Origin: an uncultured Cryomorphaceae bacterium
GTDB lineage: Bacteria > Bacteroidota > Bacteroidia > Flavobacteriales > Schleiferiaceae
Reading direction: 5' to 3'
DNA: 64,000 nt
Assembly: GCA_913009655.1 (NCBI GenBank)
Contig: CAJVWI010000007.1
Coordinates: forward strand, 3,682-67,681
The notes under the pieces were generated by a model. The model saw only the letters and a program-made list of their open reading frames with translations. It had not been told where the DNA came from and searched no databases. Position 1 is the stretch's first letter. Every line of letters begins with the position of its first letter. The translations under genes and the position numbers were made by a program. Below, piece by piece: positions 20,059 to 28,861 of the stretch.

Positions 20059-21123
20059 TTAATAGAGTTCAATATGTTTCATTATGTCTACAAGTGTTTT
20101 AACACTATCAATGGGCAGGGCATTATAGATAGATGCACGATAACCTCCAACTGATCGATGCCCATTTATCCCTACGATTCCAGATTCTGAGCATAATGAA
20201 TTGAATTTATTTTTGAGAGAATCATCATTTAATAAGAAGCAAACATTCATGTTTGATCGATCTCTTTTATCCGCAGTGCCGTCAAAAAGACTATTGCGAT
20301 CTATTTCTTCGTAAATATATTTTGCTTTTAAATTGTTTTGCTTCTCCACAACGGTCAAACCCCCTATTTTTTTTATCCAACGTAGAGTTAATAAAGATGT
20401 ATAAACGCTAAAAACAGGAGGAGTATTGAACATTGAGTCGGAATTAATATGTTTACTATAGTCGAGCATACTAGGTATTGGTCTTGAAGTTTTTCCAAGT
20501 ACGCTCTTTCTCACCGCGACTAGGGTTGCGCCTGCAGGACCAAGGTTTTTCTGAGCTCCAGCATAGATCAGACTAAACTGATTAAAATCTATTGTTTTAC
20601 TGAAAATATCAGATGACATATCACAAACTAATGGGATTTTAGTTTTAGGAATTTCTTTCATTTGAGTCCCAACAATTGTATTGTTAGAGGTGAGATGAAA
20701 GTAGTCGAGACTATCGCTAATGTTTAAATCTTTGGGGATATAACTGAAATTTCTATCAGCTGAGGATCCAATTTCGGCAATCTCTCCAAAAAGTGCGGCT
20801 TCAGCAGCTGCCTTTTTAGCCCATGTCCCAGTAACCAAGTAACCTGCTTTTCCACCGCTATGCATAAAATTGTAAGGAGCCATGCAAAATTGCAAACTCG
20901 CACCACCCTGCAAGAAAAGCACCTCAAAATCATCATCAAGGCCCATGATTTCTTTTGATAGTGATCTAGCCTCATCCATGACATCAACAAAGTTTTTATC
21001 CCGATGACTTATCTCTAGAAGAGACAGCCCCATTCCATTGAAGTCTTTCACAGCCTCTGAAGCTCCTGTGATAACTTCTGGTGAAAGAATACAAGGACCA
21101 GCAGAAAAATTATGTTTTTTCAT
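20059..21123 (-). CDS. serC: 3-phosphoserine aminotransferase
   Basis: 354 aa. Motifs FSAGPC, FLQGGASLQF and YAGAQKNLGPAG (PLP lysine). Confidence 0.94.
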   Translation of the reverse strand: MKKHNFSAGPCILSPEVITGASEAVKDFNGMGLSLLEISHRDKNFVDVMDEARSLSKEIMGLDDDFEVLFLQGGASLQFCMAPYNFMHSGGKAGYLVTGTWAKKAAAEAALFGEIAEIGSSADRNFSYIPKDLNISDSLDYFHLTSNNTIVGTQMKEIPKTKIPLVCDMSSDIFSKTIDFNQFSLIYAGAQKNLGPAGATLVAVRKSVLGKTSRPIPSMLDYSKHINSDSMFNTPPVFSVYTSLLTLRWIKKIGGLTVVEKQNNLKAKYIYEEIDRNSLFDGTADKRDRSNMNVCFLLNDDSLKNKFNSLCSESGIVGINGHRSVGGYRASIYNALPIDSVKTLVDIMKHIELY

Positions 21124-21161
21124 TTTAAAAATACTTTTGGCATGAGTTTAAAATATTCTCT

Positions 21162-21169
21162 CAAAGGTA
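21162..21169 (-). promoter_or_regulatory. Bacteroidota -7 box (TACCTTTG) for the serC block
   Basis: Exact TAnnTTTG on the minus strand, 38 nt upstream of the serC ATG, within the 91-bp spacer. Confidence 0.45.
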
Positions 21170-21214
21170 TAAACACTGAATTAAGACTGAAGTAAATTCT
21201 TATGAAGAATCAGA

Positions 21215-22039
21215 TCACTTTATTAACCATTTACCTCTTTTAAAAATTAAAATATCTGTTGAAAGAGTTGGTCCGTAGTCTACATAATTATTTTTTAAAT
21301 TACTGCGCATTGGCCCCAATCGATCGATGAATATTTCCAAATTATTTGAGCCACTCCGAATAGATGATGTCACATTTGATGAATATCTTAATATTAAACG
21401 ATTGGGAGGTTTGATGAAATGTTGGTCATTAAATTTTTTTATTTGGAAAATAGCGGCTCCGAAGTATATATTATTTGAACCAATAATTATAGGCTCGATA
21501 GTTTTCATTTGTACCGAATCGCCATGTGGTCTGAAGGTAAGAGCTAAGTATTGAGATTTCCTCCGAAAATGATTAGTTTGTAAATAATAGATAAGTCCTC
21601 CGGGCCATTTTTTTTGAGTTAGTGCATCGAATTCATTAAAATCAGAGATACTGCAGAGACCCTGGACACGAACTTTATTTCTTTTCTTCAAAAGAAGTTG
21701 TCCAAAAAACTGATAATTGCCTTTTTCTAAAGGGACTGCCCATGTGAAGGTATGTATTTTGTTATCCGATGATTTTGCATAGAGAACACCTTTTGGGAGA
21801 TTCTTCCCATTTTCAAAATTATTTTCTCCCCAACCATTTTTTAATCCAAAATGTAAAACGGAATCCAGCTTTTTTCCGGCATTTAACCTATTTAAAGATG
21901 TAGTGTTAAGGTCTTGAAAGTTAAATTCATTCAACAGTCTAAGAAACAAACTGTCATTATGAATTTGATCTTTTAGGTTAATAGGTTTTGCTAGGCTTCC
22001 CAACGAGGAAATTATTAGTAGCACCGTTAAGATTCTCAT
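21215..22039 (-). CDS. hypothetical secreted protein
   Basis: 274-aa ORF with a signal peptide (MRILTVLLIISSLGSLAKP). It starts 2 nt after the ferredoxin stop. I recognise no domain. Confidence 0.6.
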   Translation of the reverse strand: MRILTVLLIISSLGSLAKPINLKDQIHNDSLFLRLLNEFNFQDLNTTSLNRLNAGKKLDSVLHFGLKNGWGENNFENGKNLPKGVLYAKSSDNKIHTFTWAVPLEKGNYQFFGQLLLKKRNKVRVQGLCSISDFNEFDALTQKKWPGGLIYYLQTNHFRRKSQYLALTFRPHGDSVQMKTIEPIIIGSNNIYFGAAIFQIKKFNDQHFIKPPNRLILRYSSNVTSSIRSGSNNLEIFIDRLGPMRSNLKNNYVDYGPTLSTDILIFKRGKWLIK

Positions 22040-22041
22040 TG

Positions 22042-22392
22042 TTATTCTGCGTGCAAAAAAGATTTTTTTGACTCTAATGCTGTTACATTCTCAACGTTGT
22101 CTTCGTCAGGTACGCAGCAATCAACTGGACACACCTCTGCGCATTGAGGGGTTTCATGAAACCCGATGCACTCTGTACACTTATCGGTTGCTATGTAGTA
22201 CAGGTCAAAACTTACTGGCTCTTGAGGTTTTTCAGCATCGGTTTCAATTCCTGAAGTGCTTACAATGGGGCCCCTTAATTCGGTACCTTCACCAAAACGC
22301 CATTCCATTCCACCTTCATAGATAGCAGTGTTTGGGCACTCTGGCTCGCAAGCTCCACAATTAATGCATTCATCCGTTATCTTAATGGCCAT
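22042..22392 (-). CDS. 4Fe-4S dicluster ferredoxin
   Basis: 116 aa with two cysteine clusters, [12 protein letters not shown] and [21 protein letters not shown]. Confidence 0.9.
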   Translation of the reverse strand: MAIKITDECINCGACEPECPNTAIYEGGMEWRFGEGTELRGPIVSTSGIETDAEKPQEPVSFDLYYIATDKCTECIGFHETPQCAEVCPVDCCVPDEDNVENVTALESKKSFLHAE

Positions 22393-22399
22393 GACTCAA

Positions 22400-22407
22400 T
22401 ACTTTTG
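22400..22407 (+). promoter_or_regulatory. Bacteroidota -7 box (TACTTTTG) for the acyl-CoA reductase gene
   Basis: Exact TAnnTTTG, 21 nt upstream of ATG 22429. Its TTG is the ORF-track start at 22405. Confidence 0.45.
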
Positions 22408-22409
22408 CA

Positions 22410-22417
22410 CAAAGATA
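22410..22417 (-). promoter_or_regulatory. Bacteroidota -7 box (TATCTTTG) for the ferredoxin gene
   Basis: Exact TAnnTTTG on the minus strand, 17 nt upstream of the ferredoxin ATG (22392). Confidence 0.45.
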
Positions 22418-22428
22418 CATTTGTAATT

Positions 22429-23421
22429 ATGCTTAGACGCTTAGAGGTCCTCAAACAATTAGGTTTTAAAATAAAATCAATGAAAGATGATAAATCTATT
22501 GTTTCAAAAGTTCATTCTGAGAATGCCTGGTTCACATTTGAATTTATTCAAGACGCCATGATTTGTTGGTCTTTAGCGCTTTCAGAAGAAAATTTAACTA
22601 AATGGATAGGTGAAAGGAGTTATTCTGATGAAGTTGAGTATTCAAAAAAAATTGGAATAATTTGCGCCGGAAACATTCCTTTAGTTGGTCTTCATGATAT
22701 TATTTGTGCTTATTTGTCAGGAAATGAAGTGTTTTTTAAGCCCTCATCTGATGATAGGGTTTTGTGTCTTGAAGTTGCTAAAGCCATTGGCGAAATAGAT
22801 CCAAAGGCAAGAATCAAATCTGTTGAGAAGTTGAATGGTATGGATGCAATTATCGCTACTGGAAGTAATACTACCCGGAGACATTTCGAGTATTATTTCA
22901 AAGATATACCGAGGCTTTTAAGGGGAGCCAGGACTTCGGTTTCTGTTTTAACTAATGAAATAACTGTAAATGAATTGAAATTGTTGTCTAATGATATATT
23001 TCAATATTTTGGAAGAGGATGCAGAAGCGTAACACATCTCTTTTTGCCAAAAGATTTTGATATCCAAAGACTTTTTGAGTCATGGATTTATTGGAGTCAT
23101 ATAGGTATGCATAATAAATATGCAAGCAATTATGATTATCAAAGGGCACTTCTGATGTTAAATAAAGTGAAATTTCATGAAAATAATTTTGTTATCCTAT
23201 TAGAGGATGCGGTTTTAAAGCCTCCAGTGGGTATTGTCAGCTATAGTCGTTATTCGGATTTGGCAACGTTGAACAACACGCTTGAGAATTACAGAGATGA
23301 AATTCAAACTGTTGTAGGCCATGGATTTAATACAGCTTTTGGAGATTCGCAAAATCCTCAACTTTGGGATTACGCCGATGGAATCAATAATTTATCTTTT
23401 TGCATAAACTTGAAGGACTAA
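22429..23421 (+). CDS. LuxC-like acyl-CoA reductase family protein
   Basis: ORF track gives 22405..23421 with a TTG start that lies inside a TACTTTTG box, so I use ATG 22429. The size and the GNIPLVGLHD / ATGSNTT regions resemble the flavobacterial acyl-CoA reductases found next to ferredoxin. The assignment is from memory. Confidence 0.55.
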   Translation: MLRRLEVLKQLGFKIKSMKDDKSIVSKVHSENAWFTFEFIQDAMICWSLALSEENLTKWIGERSYSDEVEYSKKIGIICAGNIPLVGLHDIICAYLSGNEVFFKPSSDDRVLCLEVAKAIGEIDPKARIKSVEKLNGMDAIIATGSNTTRRHFEYYFKDIPRLLRGARTSVSVLTNEITVNELKLLSNDIFQYFGRGCRSVTHLFLPKDFDIQRLFESWIYWSHIGMHNKYASNYDYQRALLMLNKVKFHENNFVILLEDAVLKPPVGIVSYSRYSDLATLNNTLENYRDEIQTVVGHGFNTAFGDSQNPQLWDYADGINNLSFCINLKD

Positions 23422-24911
23422 ATTCTTTCAAGGGCACCAGCGTCAGGATTTATTATTCTATTTTTTTTTTGAGCATCATAAGGAACTCTTTGTGCTGCTT
23501 CTAAAAGTCCAATGTCGATTGCCTTTGATGAAGAGTCTAATTCATAATTGTAGGATGACGGAATCATAAATGATGGGTCTTCATTAAAGATGCATTGAGA
23601 AAAATGACTGGTATCTGTTAAGTCAAAATTTGCAGCAGGAGGATTGGTATTTATGTTAACAAGTGAACCTTGAATTTTATAATTGAAGATTGCTTCAAGG
23701 CTAAAGTCAAAACCAAGCTCTGATTCTTTACTACCAGTTATAATGCAGTTGCCAAAATAAGCTTCTCTTAAATCTCGATATCGATATTGCCCACGCCCAT
23801 CGTCATACCGGTTAAATAATCCAATCATCGGCGTAGAGCGAGATGAAGGAAAGTTATTGTCAAAAGTACAATGGTCAATAAAAACTCTTCCCCCAAGGCA
23901 ATAAAGCCCATAAATCCCAGCATTGGCAACAACAACATTCTCCATCTCTATATTTCCAAATCCACTGTAGATACTTACTCTGCTAAAGTCCGTAATTCTT
24001 GAGTTTTTGATAACGAGATTTCTTTCTTCTAATTCACCTACTGAATCACATCTAATTCCTGTTGTACCATTTTTTATCCATGTGTTATTAATACTTGCTT
24101 TCCCCCCTCTTTGAATAAAAATGCCTCCAACTAAGCCTCCCCATTGGCCAGCGATATTGCTGTAAAATGGTTCTAGGCGATCACCTTCCAGTATTGTTGG
24201 GTTCGAATAGTTTCCAATGTTTGCTTCATCAATTTTTAATTCCCCTCCCGATGACACCCATAAACCAGATCCTGAATGAAAATGAACTTTTGCTTCTGAG
24301 AGAATATCTAAAGTCCCCCCGCTGTCAATAACTGCATAACCATAGACCACATGAGGCTTATCATTTGACCAAATAGCATTTTTGGGTAAAATAGAATAAG
24401 GAATTATTATATCAGAATATGGAAGATTTTGTTTAATTGTAATTGTTTTGTTTGGAAAGTAAAAGTGTGCATCGTAAGCTAAAGAAATCAATTGCACATA
24501 GTTTGTATGGCCTTTGTTGATAACGGTTACAGAGTCAGTCCATATCATCTCTAGCCCGCCTGTTGGAGCAGTTAGTTCAACGAATACCCAGAGGCTATCA
24601 AATGCAGGCAGTACGACATTGTTTATCTCTTCTCCACTAATCCCATTAACATTAATGCGAAAGGGACTATCTCCCCTTCTGCCAAGGGCTATTTTATCTA
24701 TTAATATATTCTGATTGCTTGTGTTGCGGATAGTAAAGCTTCTAGTTGAGCTTCCCACTGAGCTAAATACAGTATCTAAGTAAATGGTATCATGTGAAAA
24801 TGTAATATTCATTGGTTCAGAAGCTGTTTTGTAATCTGGTTGGCATGAATAGGCTAGAAGACCAGCTGTAATGACAATAAAAAGGGAGTAGAGTTTTAAT
24901 TGCTGTTTCAC
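23418..24911 (-). CDS. lipoprotein with right-handed parallel beta-helix repeats
   Basis: 497 aa. Has a lipobox (AGLLAYSC) and repeated PbH1-like units (IKNSRITDF.., ENVVVANAGIYGLYC.., IDHCTFDNN). GTG start. Confidence 0.55.
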   Translation of the reverse strand: MKQQLKLYSLFIVITAGLLAYSCQPDYKTASEPMNITFSHDTIYLDTVFSSVGSSTRSFTIRNTSNQNILIDKIALGRRGDSPFRINVNGISGEEINNVVLPAFDSLWVFVELTAPTGGLEMIWTDSVTVINKGHTNYVQLISLAYDAHFYFPNKTITIKQNLPYSDIIIPYSILPKNAIWSNDKPHVVYGYAVIDSGGTLDILSEAKVHFHSGSGLWVSSGGELKIDEANIGNYSNPTILEGDRLEPFYSNIAGQWGGLVGGIFIQRGGKASINNTWIKNGTTGIRCDSVGELEERNLVIKNSRITDFSRVSIYSGFGNIEMENVVVANAGIYGLYCLGGRVFIDHCTFDNNFPSSRSTPMIGLFNRYDDGRGQYRYRDLREAYFGNCIITGSKESELGFDFSLEAIFNYKIQGSLVNINTNPPAANFDLTDTSHFSQCIFNEDPSFMIPSSYNYELDSSSKAIDIGLLEAAQRVPYDAQKKNRIINPDAGALERI

Positions 24912-24921
24912 TTAATCTAAG

Positions 24922-24929
24922 TATCTTTG
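24922..24929 (+). promoter_or_regulatory. Bacteroidota -7 box (TATCTTTG) for the rpmE / GlmU-like / lon block
   Basis: Exact TAnnTTTG, 54 nt upstream of ATG 24984. Its TTG is the ORF-track start at 24927. Confidence 0.4.
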
Positions 24930-24983
24930 CTGACCGCTAAGGGAAATCGGGCCAAATCTCGGTTTAATAAAAATTATCAAGCG

Positions 24984-25235
24984 ATGAAAGAAGGAATTCA
25001 CCCAACAAATTATCGCCAATGTGCTTTCAAAGATATGAGTACTGGCGATGTAACCGTCATAAGAAGTTGCGCACCATCTAGAGAAACTTTAAAAGTTGAT
25101 GGAAAAGACTACCCACTTGTTAAAATGGAGGTTTCATCATACTCACATCCTTACTACACTGGAAAGCAAAAGTTATTAGATACTGCAGGTCGAGTTGACA
25201 AGTTCCGTAACCGATACGCCAAATTCTCCAAGTAA
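24984..25235 (+). CDS. rpmE: 50S ribosomal protein L31, type B
   Basis: ORF track gives 24927..25235. The true start is ATG 24984, giving MKEGIHPTNYR. Contains HPYYTGKQKLLDTAGRVDKFRNRY and lacks the CxxC zinc motif of type A. Confidence 0.9.
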   Translation: MKEGIHPTNYRQCAFKDMSTGDVTVIRSCAPSRETLKVDGKDYPLVKMEVSSYSHPYYTGKQKLLDTAGRVDKFRNRYAKFSK

Positions 25236-25253
25236 TTGACTTAAATTCGGTTC

Positions 25254-26408
25254 ATGGATATAGTTTTCCACGACGGACTCGAACATAATTCTCTCAAGCC
25301 CCTAACTTTAACCAGGCCTGTTTCTAACCTGCGAGTTGGAATACTTACTATTTCGGAAAAATGGTCTCTGATTCTTAATGCAAGAAACATATCGTTTGCT
25401 ACTGTAGAGCATCTTAGAAAAAAATTTCCAGAGAAACCTGGTGATGTCAATATTCGCGGAGGCCTTTTGCCTAACCCAGATCTTGTTGAGGCCATAAAAC
25501 TGCTTAAAAATGGTCAATGCCTAATGTCAGGGGGGGAGTGGTTAGCTGACAAGAATGGAGAAGTATCAATTCCATTTGATGGGAGTTATCAAATAATAAA
25601 ACGGCCAGAGAATATTTTTTCATTTAACAAAGAAGAATTAAATTCAGACTTTAATCTTTTAACTCTTGGACGTAAAAGTGAACCTATCCCAGTTTCAAAT
25701 AAAGTTTTTGGAAGAAGAGTTTTTTTAGAAAAAGGAGCAAGAGTGGAAGGCGCCACATTAAACTCTTTGGATGGTCCAATATATTTAGCTCAAGACAGTG
25801 AGGTTATGGAGGGCTCTATGATTCGAGGAGGTTTTGCGCTTGGAGAGTCAAGTAAATTAAAATTGGGAACAAAAATATATGGAGCTACCACTGTGGGCCC
25901 ATTTTCTAAGGTAGGCGGTGAAATAAATAACTCAGTCATTTGGGGTTTTTCAAATAAAGGTCATGATGGATTTTTAGGCAACGCCGTCTTGGGGCAATGG
26001 TGTAACATTGGTGCAGGATCCAGTAATTCAAATTTGAAGAACAACTATGATGATGTTAAATTGTACTCTTATGATACTGGAAGGTTTGAATCAACCGGAC
26101 TTCAATTTTGTGGTTTGATTATGGCGGACCACAGTAAATGCGCAATAAATACATCTTTTAATACTGGAACCGTTACTGGTGTTTCGTGTAATATTTTTGG
26201 TTCTGGTTTCCCTCGTAATTATATCCCTGATTTTTCATGGGGTGGTCCACAGGGATATTCGGAATATTCAATTGACAAAGCTATTGCAACGGCAAAAAGA
26301 GTGATGATTCGAAGAGGATTGATTCTGGATGAAATAGAATCAGACATCTTGTCAGCTGTTTACGACCAAACGTCAAAATTGCGAGGTGGCATGGCTCTTG
26401 CCAAATAA
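25254..26408 (+). CDS. GlmU-like putative sugar nucleotidyltransferase with a left-handed beta-helix domain
   Basis: 384 aa. The N-terminus KPLTLTRPVSNLRVGILTI is followed by hexapeptide-repeat sequence (GATTVGPFSKVGGEINNSVI..). Confidence 0.65.
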   Translation: MDIVFHDGLEHNSLKPLTLTRPVSNLRVGILTISEKWSLILNARNISFATVEHLRKKFPEKPGDVNIRGGLLPNPDLVEAIKLLKNGQCLMSGGEWLADKNGEVSIPFDGSYQIIKRPENIFSFNKEELNSDFNLLTLGRKSEPIPVSNKVFGRRVFLEKGARVEGATLNSLDGPIYLAQDSEVMEGSMIRGGFALGESSKLKLGTKIYGATTVGPFSKVGGEINNSVIWGFSNKGHDGFLGNAVLGQWCNIGAGSSNSNLKNNYDDVKLYSYDTGRFESTGLQFCGLIMADHSKCAINTSFNTGTVTGVSCNIFGSGFPRNYIPDFSWGGPQGYSEYSIDKAIATAKRVMIRRGLILDEIESDILSAVYDQTSKLRGGMALAK

Positions 26409-28852
26409 TGTCATCTATGGAAAGAACTGCATTTTCTCTAATCTCAGAAGAGACCGACTTTATTCCGCTTATTACCAACGAGGAAGATAATAGCATCCCT
26501 GACAGTGATTTGCTTGAGGAGATATCATTACTACCATTAAGAAACACAGTTCAGTTTCCTGGGGTTGTATCTCCAATAACTGCTGGGCGAGATAAAAGTA
26601 TAAAGCTTGTTCAGGAAGCGCAAAAAGGAAAGAAATTATTTGGTGTTATAGCTCAAAGGGATCCAGGTACAGAGAGCCCAAATGGGGAGCATTTGCATTC
26701 TGTTGGAACTTTAGTGCAGATGATAAAGTCATTTAAAATGCCAGATGGAAATATTACGGCAATTCTTCAAGGTAAAAGAAGATTTCGAATTATTGAAGTT
26801 ATTAGTGAAGAGCCTTTCCTTAAAGCTAAAGTTGAGTATTTAGATGATATTAAAGCTTTAGATAGTACTGAATTTCGGGCCCTAATTCAACATATACGAG
26901 AAATGGCAATGGAGATAATACAAGAATCTCCAAGTATTCCTACTGAAGCTCAAATTGCTGTAAAAAATATTGAATCAGATACATTTTTGATACATTTTAT
27001 TGCAAGTAATATGAATCTCGATGTTGAAAAAAAACAAGTTATTCTTGAGGAAAATGATATTGGTAAACGTACTAATGCTGTTTTGAAACATCTGAGCTAT
27101 GAAAAGCATTTACTTGAGGTAAAAAATGATATTGCGAATCGAGTTCGCACAGAGTTTGACCAACAGCAGAGGGAATATTTTCTTCAACAGCAAATGAAGA
27201 CAATTCAAGAAGAGCTTGGAGGTGTAAGTAATGAGGCGGAAATTCAGATAATGCGCGACCGGGCCGGAAAAATGGAATGGCCGGATGAGGCTGCAAAGCA
27301 ATTTGATAAAGAAATTCAGCGCCTTCAGAGAATGAACCCTCAAGTTCCAGATTTTGGTATTCAAAGAAATTATCTTGAGTTTATTTTGGATTTGCCATGG
27401 AACAAATTAACATCTCAGCCAATTAAATTGAGCAAGGCACGAAAAGTATTGGATCGAGATCATTTTGGGTTAGAGAAGGTTAAAGAGAGACTGTTAGAAC
27501 ATCTTGCGGTTTTAAAGTTAAAGGATGATATGCGTAGTCCGATCTTGTGTTTGTATGGGCCTCCAGGAGTTGGAAAAACATCACTTGGCAAATCTATTGC
27601 TGAGGCTTTAGGACGAGATTATGTGAGAATGTCATTAGGAGGATTAAGAGATGAGTCAGAGATAAGGGGACATAGGAAAACATATATAGGAGCCATGGCA
27701 GGTCGAATTCTGCAGTTAATAAAAAAATCAGGATCATCTAATCCAGTTTTTGTTTTAGATGAAATCGATAAACTAGGTTTTGGAGCTCAAGGGGATCCAT
27801 CGAGTGCATTACTGGAGGTCTTAGACCCAGAACAAAACAAAACGTTTTATGATAATTTTCTAGAAATGGGATATGATCTCTCAAAAGTTCTTTTTATTGC
27901 TACCGCAAATACTATTTCAACGGTTCAGCCCGCTTTAAGAGACAGAATGGAACTTATTGAGGTAAATGGATATACCTTGGAAGAAAAAGAGCAAATTGGA
28001 AAGAAATATTTATTGCCAAAACAACTTGAAGAACATGGGTTGGATAAAAATGCTGTAAAAATTGGTAAGGCAGAAATGATTGGTCTCATCGATAAATATA
28101 CCCGGGAGTCAGGAGTTAGAAATTTGAATCGAGAGTTGGCAAAAATGGCAAGAAAAGCAGCTTTGTCAAAAGCTGAAGAAAAAGAATTCCCCTCCAATAT
28201 GACTGGTAAAAATATTGTGGACATAATGGGAACTCCCAGGTTTGACAGAGACATATATCAGGGTAATGATATCGCAGGAGTTACTACCGGTCTCGCTTGG
28301 ACTCCAGTTGGTGGAGATATTTTATTTATCGAAACGAGTATTTCCTTAGGTAGTGGAAAGCTTAACATTACTGGAAATCTGGGAGAGGTAATGAAAGAAT
28401 CTGCATCCATTGCTATGGCCTATCTCAAGGGGAATTCTGATAAATATAAGCTTGATAATGCTTTGTTTACTAATTATGATGTTCATATCCACGTTCCAGA
28501 AGGAGCAATACCAAAAGATGGTCCATCTGCGGGAATAGCTTTATTGACTGCACTAATTTCGCTATTCACTCAGAGAAAAGTAAAGAATAGACTTGCTTTA
28601 AGTGGTGAAATAACACTTAGAGGAAAAGTTCTTCCCGTGGGTGGAATTAGAGAGAAACTGCTTGCGGCAAAGCGATCAGGAATAATTAATATTATTTTAT
28701 CAGAAGCAAATGAAAAAGATGTTCTTGAAATTCCTTCGAAGTATCTTTCTGGTATGAGTTTCAATTACATCACAAATATGGAAGATGTAATAAGTATGGC
28801 GGTATTAGATCAGAAAGTTAAAAGTGCTAAAGAATTGCCCATGAAGAATTAA
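26408..28852 (+). CDS. lon: ATP-dependent Lon protease
   Basis: 814 aa. Walker A GPPGVGKTS, Walker B VFVLDEIDK, protease Ser motif PKDGPSAG, and the Lys region GKVLPVGGIREK. The ATG overlaps the upstream stop (TAATG). Confidence 0.97.
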   Translation: MSSMERTAFSLISEETDFIPLITNEEDNSIPDSDLLEEISLLPLRNTVQFPGVVSPITAGRDKSIKLVQEAQKGKKLFGVIAQRDPGTESPNGEHLHSVGTLVQMIKSFKMPDGNITAILQGKRRFRIIEVISEEPFLKAKVEYLDDIKALDSTEFRALIQHIREMAMEIIQESPSIPTEAQIAVKNIESDTFLIHFIASNMNLDVEKKQVILEENDIGKRTNAVLKHLSYEKHLLEVKNDIANRVRTEFDQQQREYFLQQQMKTIQEELGGVSNEAEIQIMRDRAGKMEWPDEAAKQFDKEIQRLQRMNPQVPDFGIQRNYLEFILDLPWNKLTSQPIKLSKARKVLDRDHFGLEKVKERLLEHLAVLKLKDDMRSPILCLYGPPGVGKTSLGKSIAEALGRDYVRMSLGGLRDESEIRGHRKTYIGAMAGRILQLIKKSGSSNPVFVLDEIDKLGFGAQGDPSSALLEVLDPEQNKTFYDNFLEMGYDLSKVLFIATANTISTVQPALRDRMELIEVNGYTLEEKEQIGKKYLLPKQLEEHGLDKNAVKIGKAEMIGLIDKYTRESGVRNLNRELAKMARKAALSKAEEKEFPSNMTGKNIVDIMGTPRFDRDIYQGNDIAGVTTGLAWTPVGGDILFIETSISLGSGKLNITGNLGEVMKESASIAMAYLKGNSDKYKLDNALFTNYDVHIHVPEGAIPKDGPSAGIALLTALISLFTQRKVKNRLALSGEITLRGKVLPVGGIREKLLAAKRSGIINIILSEANEKDVLEIPSKYLSGMSFNYITNMEDVISMAVLDQKVKSAKELPMKN

Positions 28853-28861
28853 CTTGGTCTG

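Noticed and set aside
21132-21139. A plus-strand TACTTTTG box just upstream of the serC start region, pointing into the antisense of the 21215-22039 gene.
   Set aside because: No plus-strand gene follows it; the only candidate is the 75-aa chance ORF at 21327-21554. By my rough estimate such 8-mers occur about once per 1-2 kb per strand by chance.
23461-23470. A T10 (coding-strand A10) homopolymer in the beta-helix lipoprotein gene, considered as a possible slipped-strand phase-variation switch.
   Set aside because: It lies about 20 codons from the stop, so a frameshift would change only the tail. Equivalent A10/T10 or T9 runs encoding Lys-Lys occur in housekeeping genes (gldG 11032-11041, amidohydrolase 44389-44397, GT 56622-56630). 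They reflect AT-rich codon usage.
25241-25517. Two minus-strand ORFs (84 and 69 aa) overlapping the start of the GlmU-like gene.
   Set aside because: They are antisense to a supported gene, with no promoter and no recognisable sequence features.
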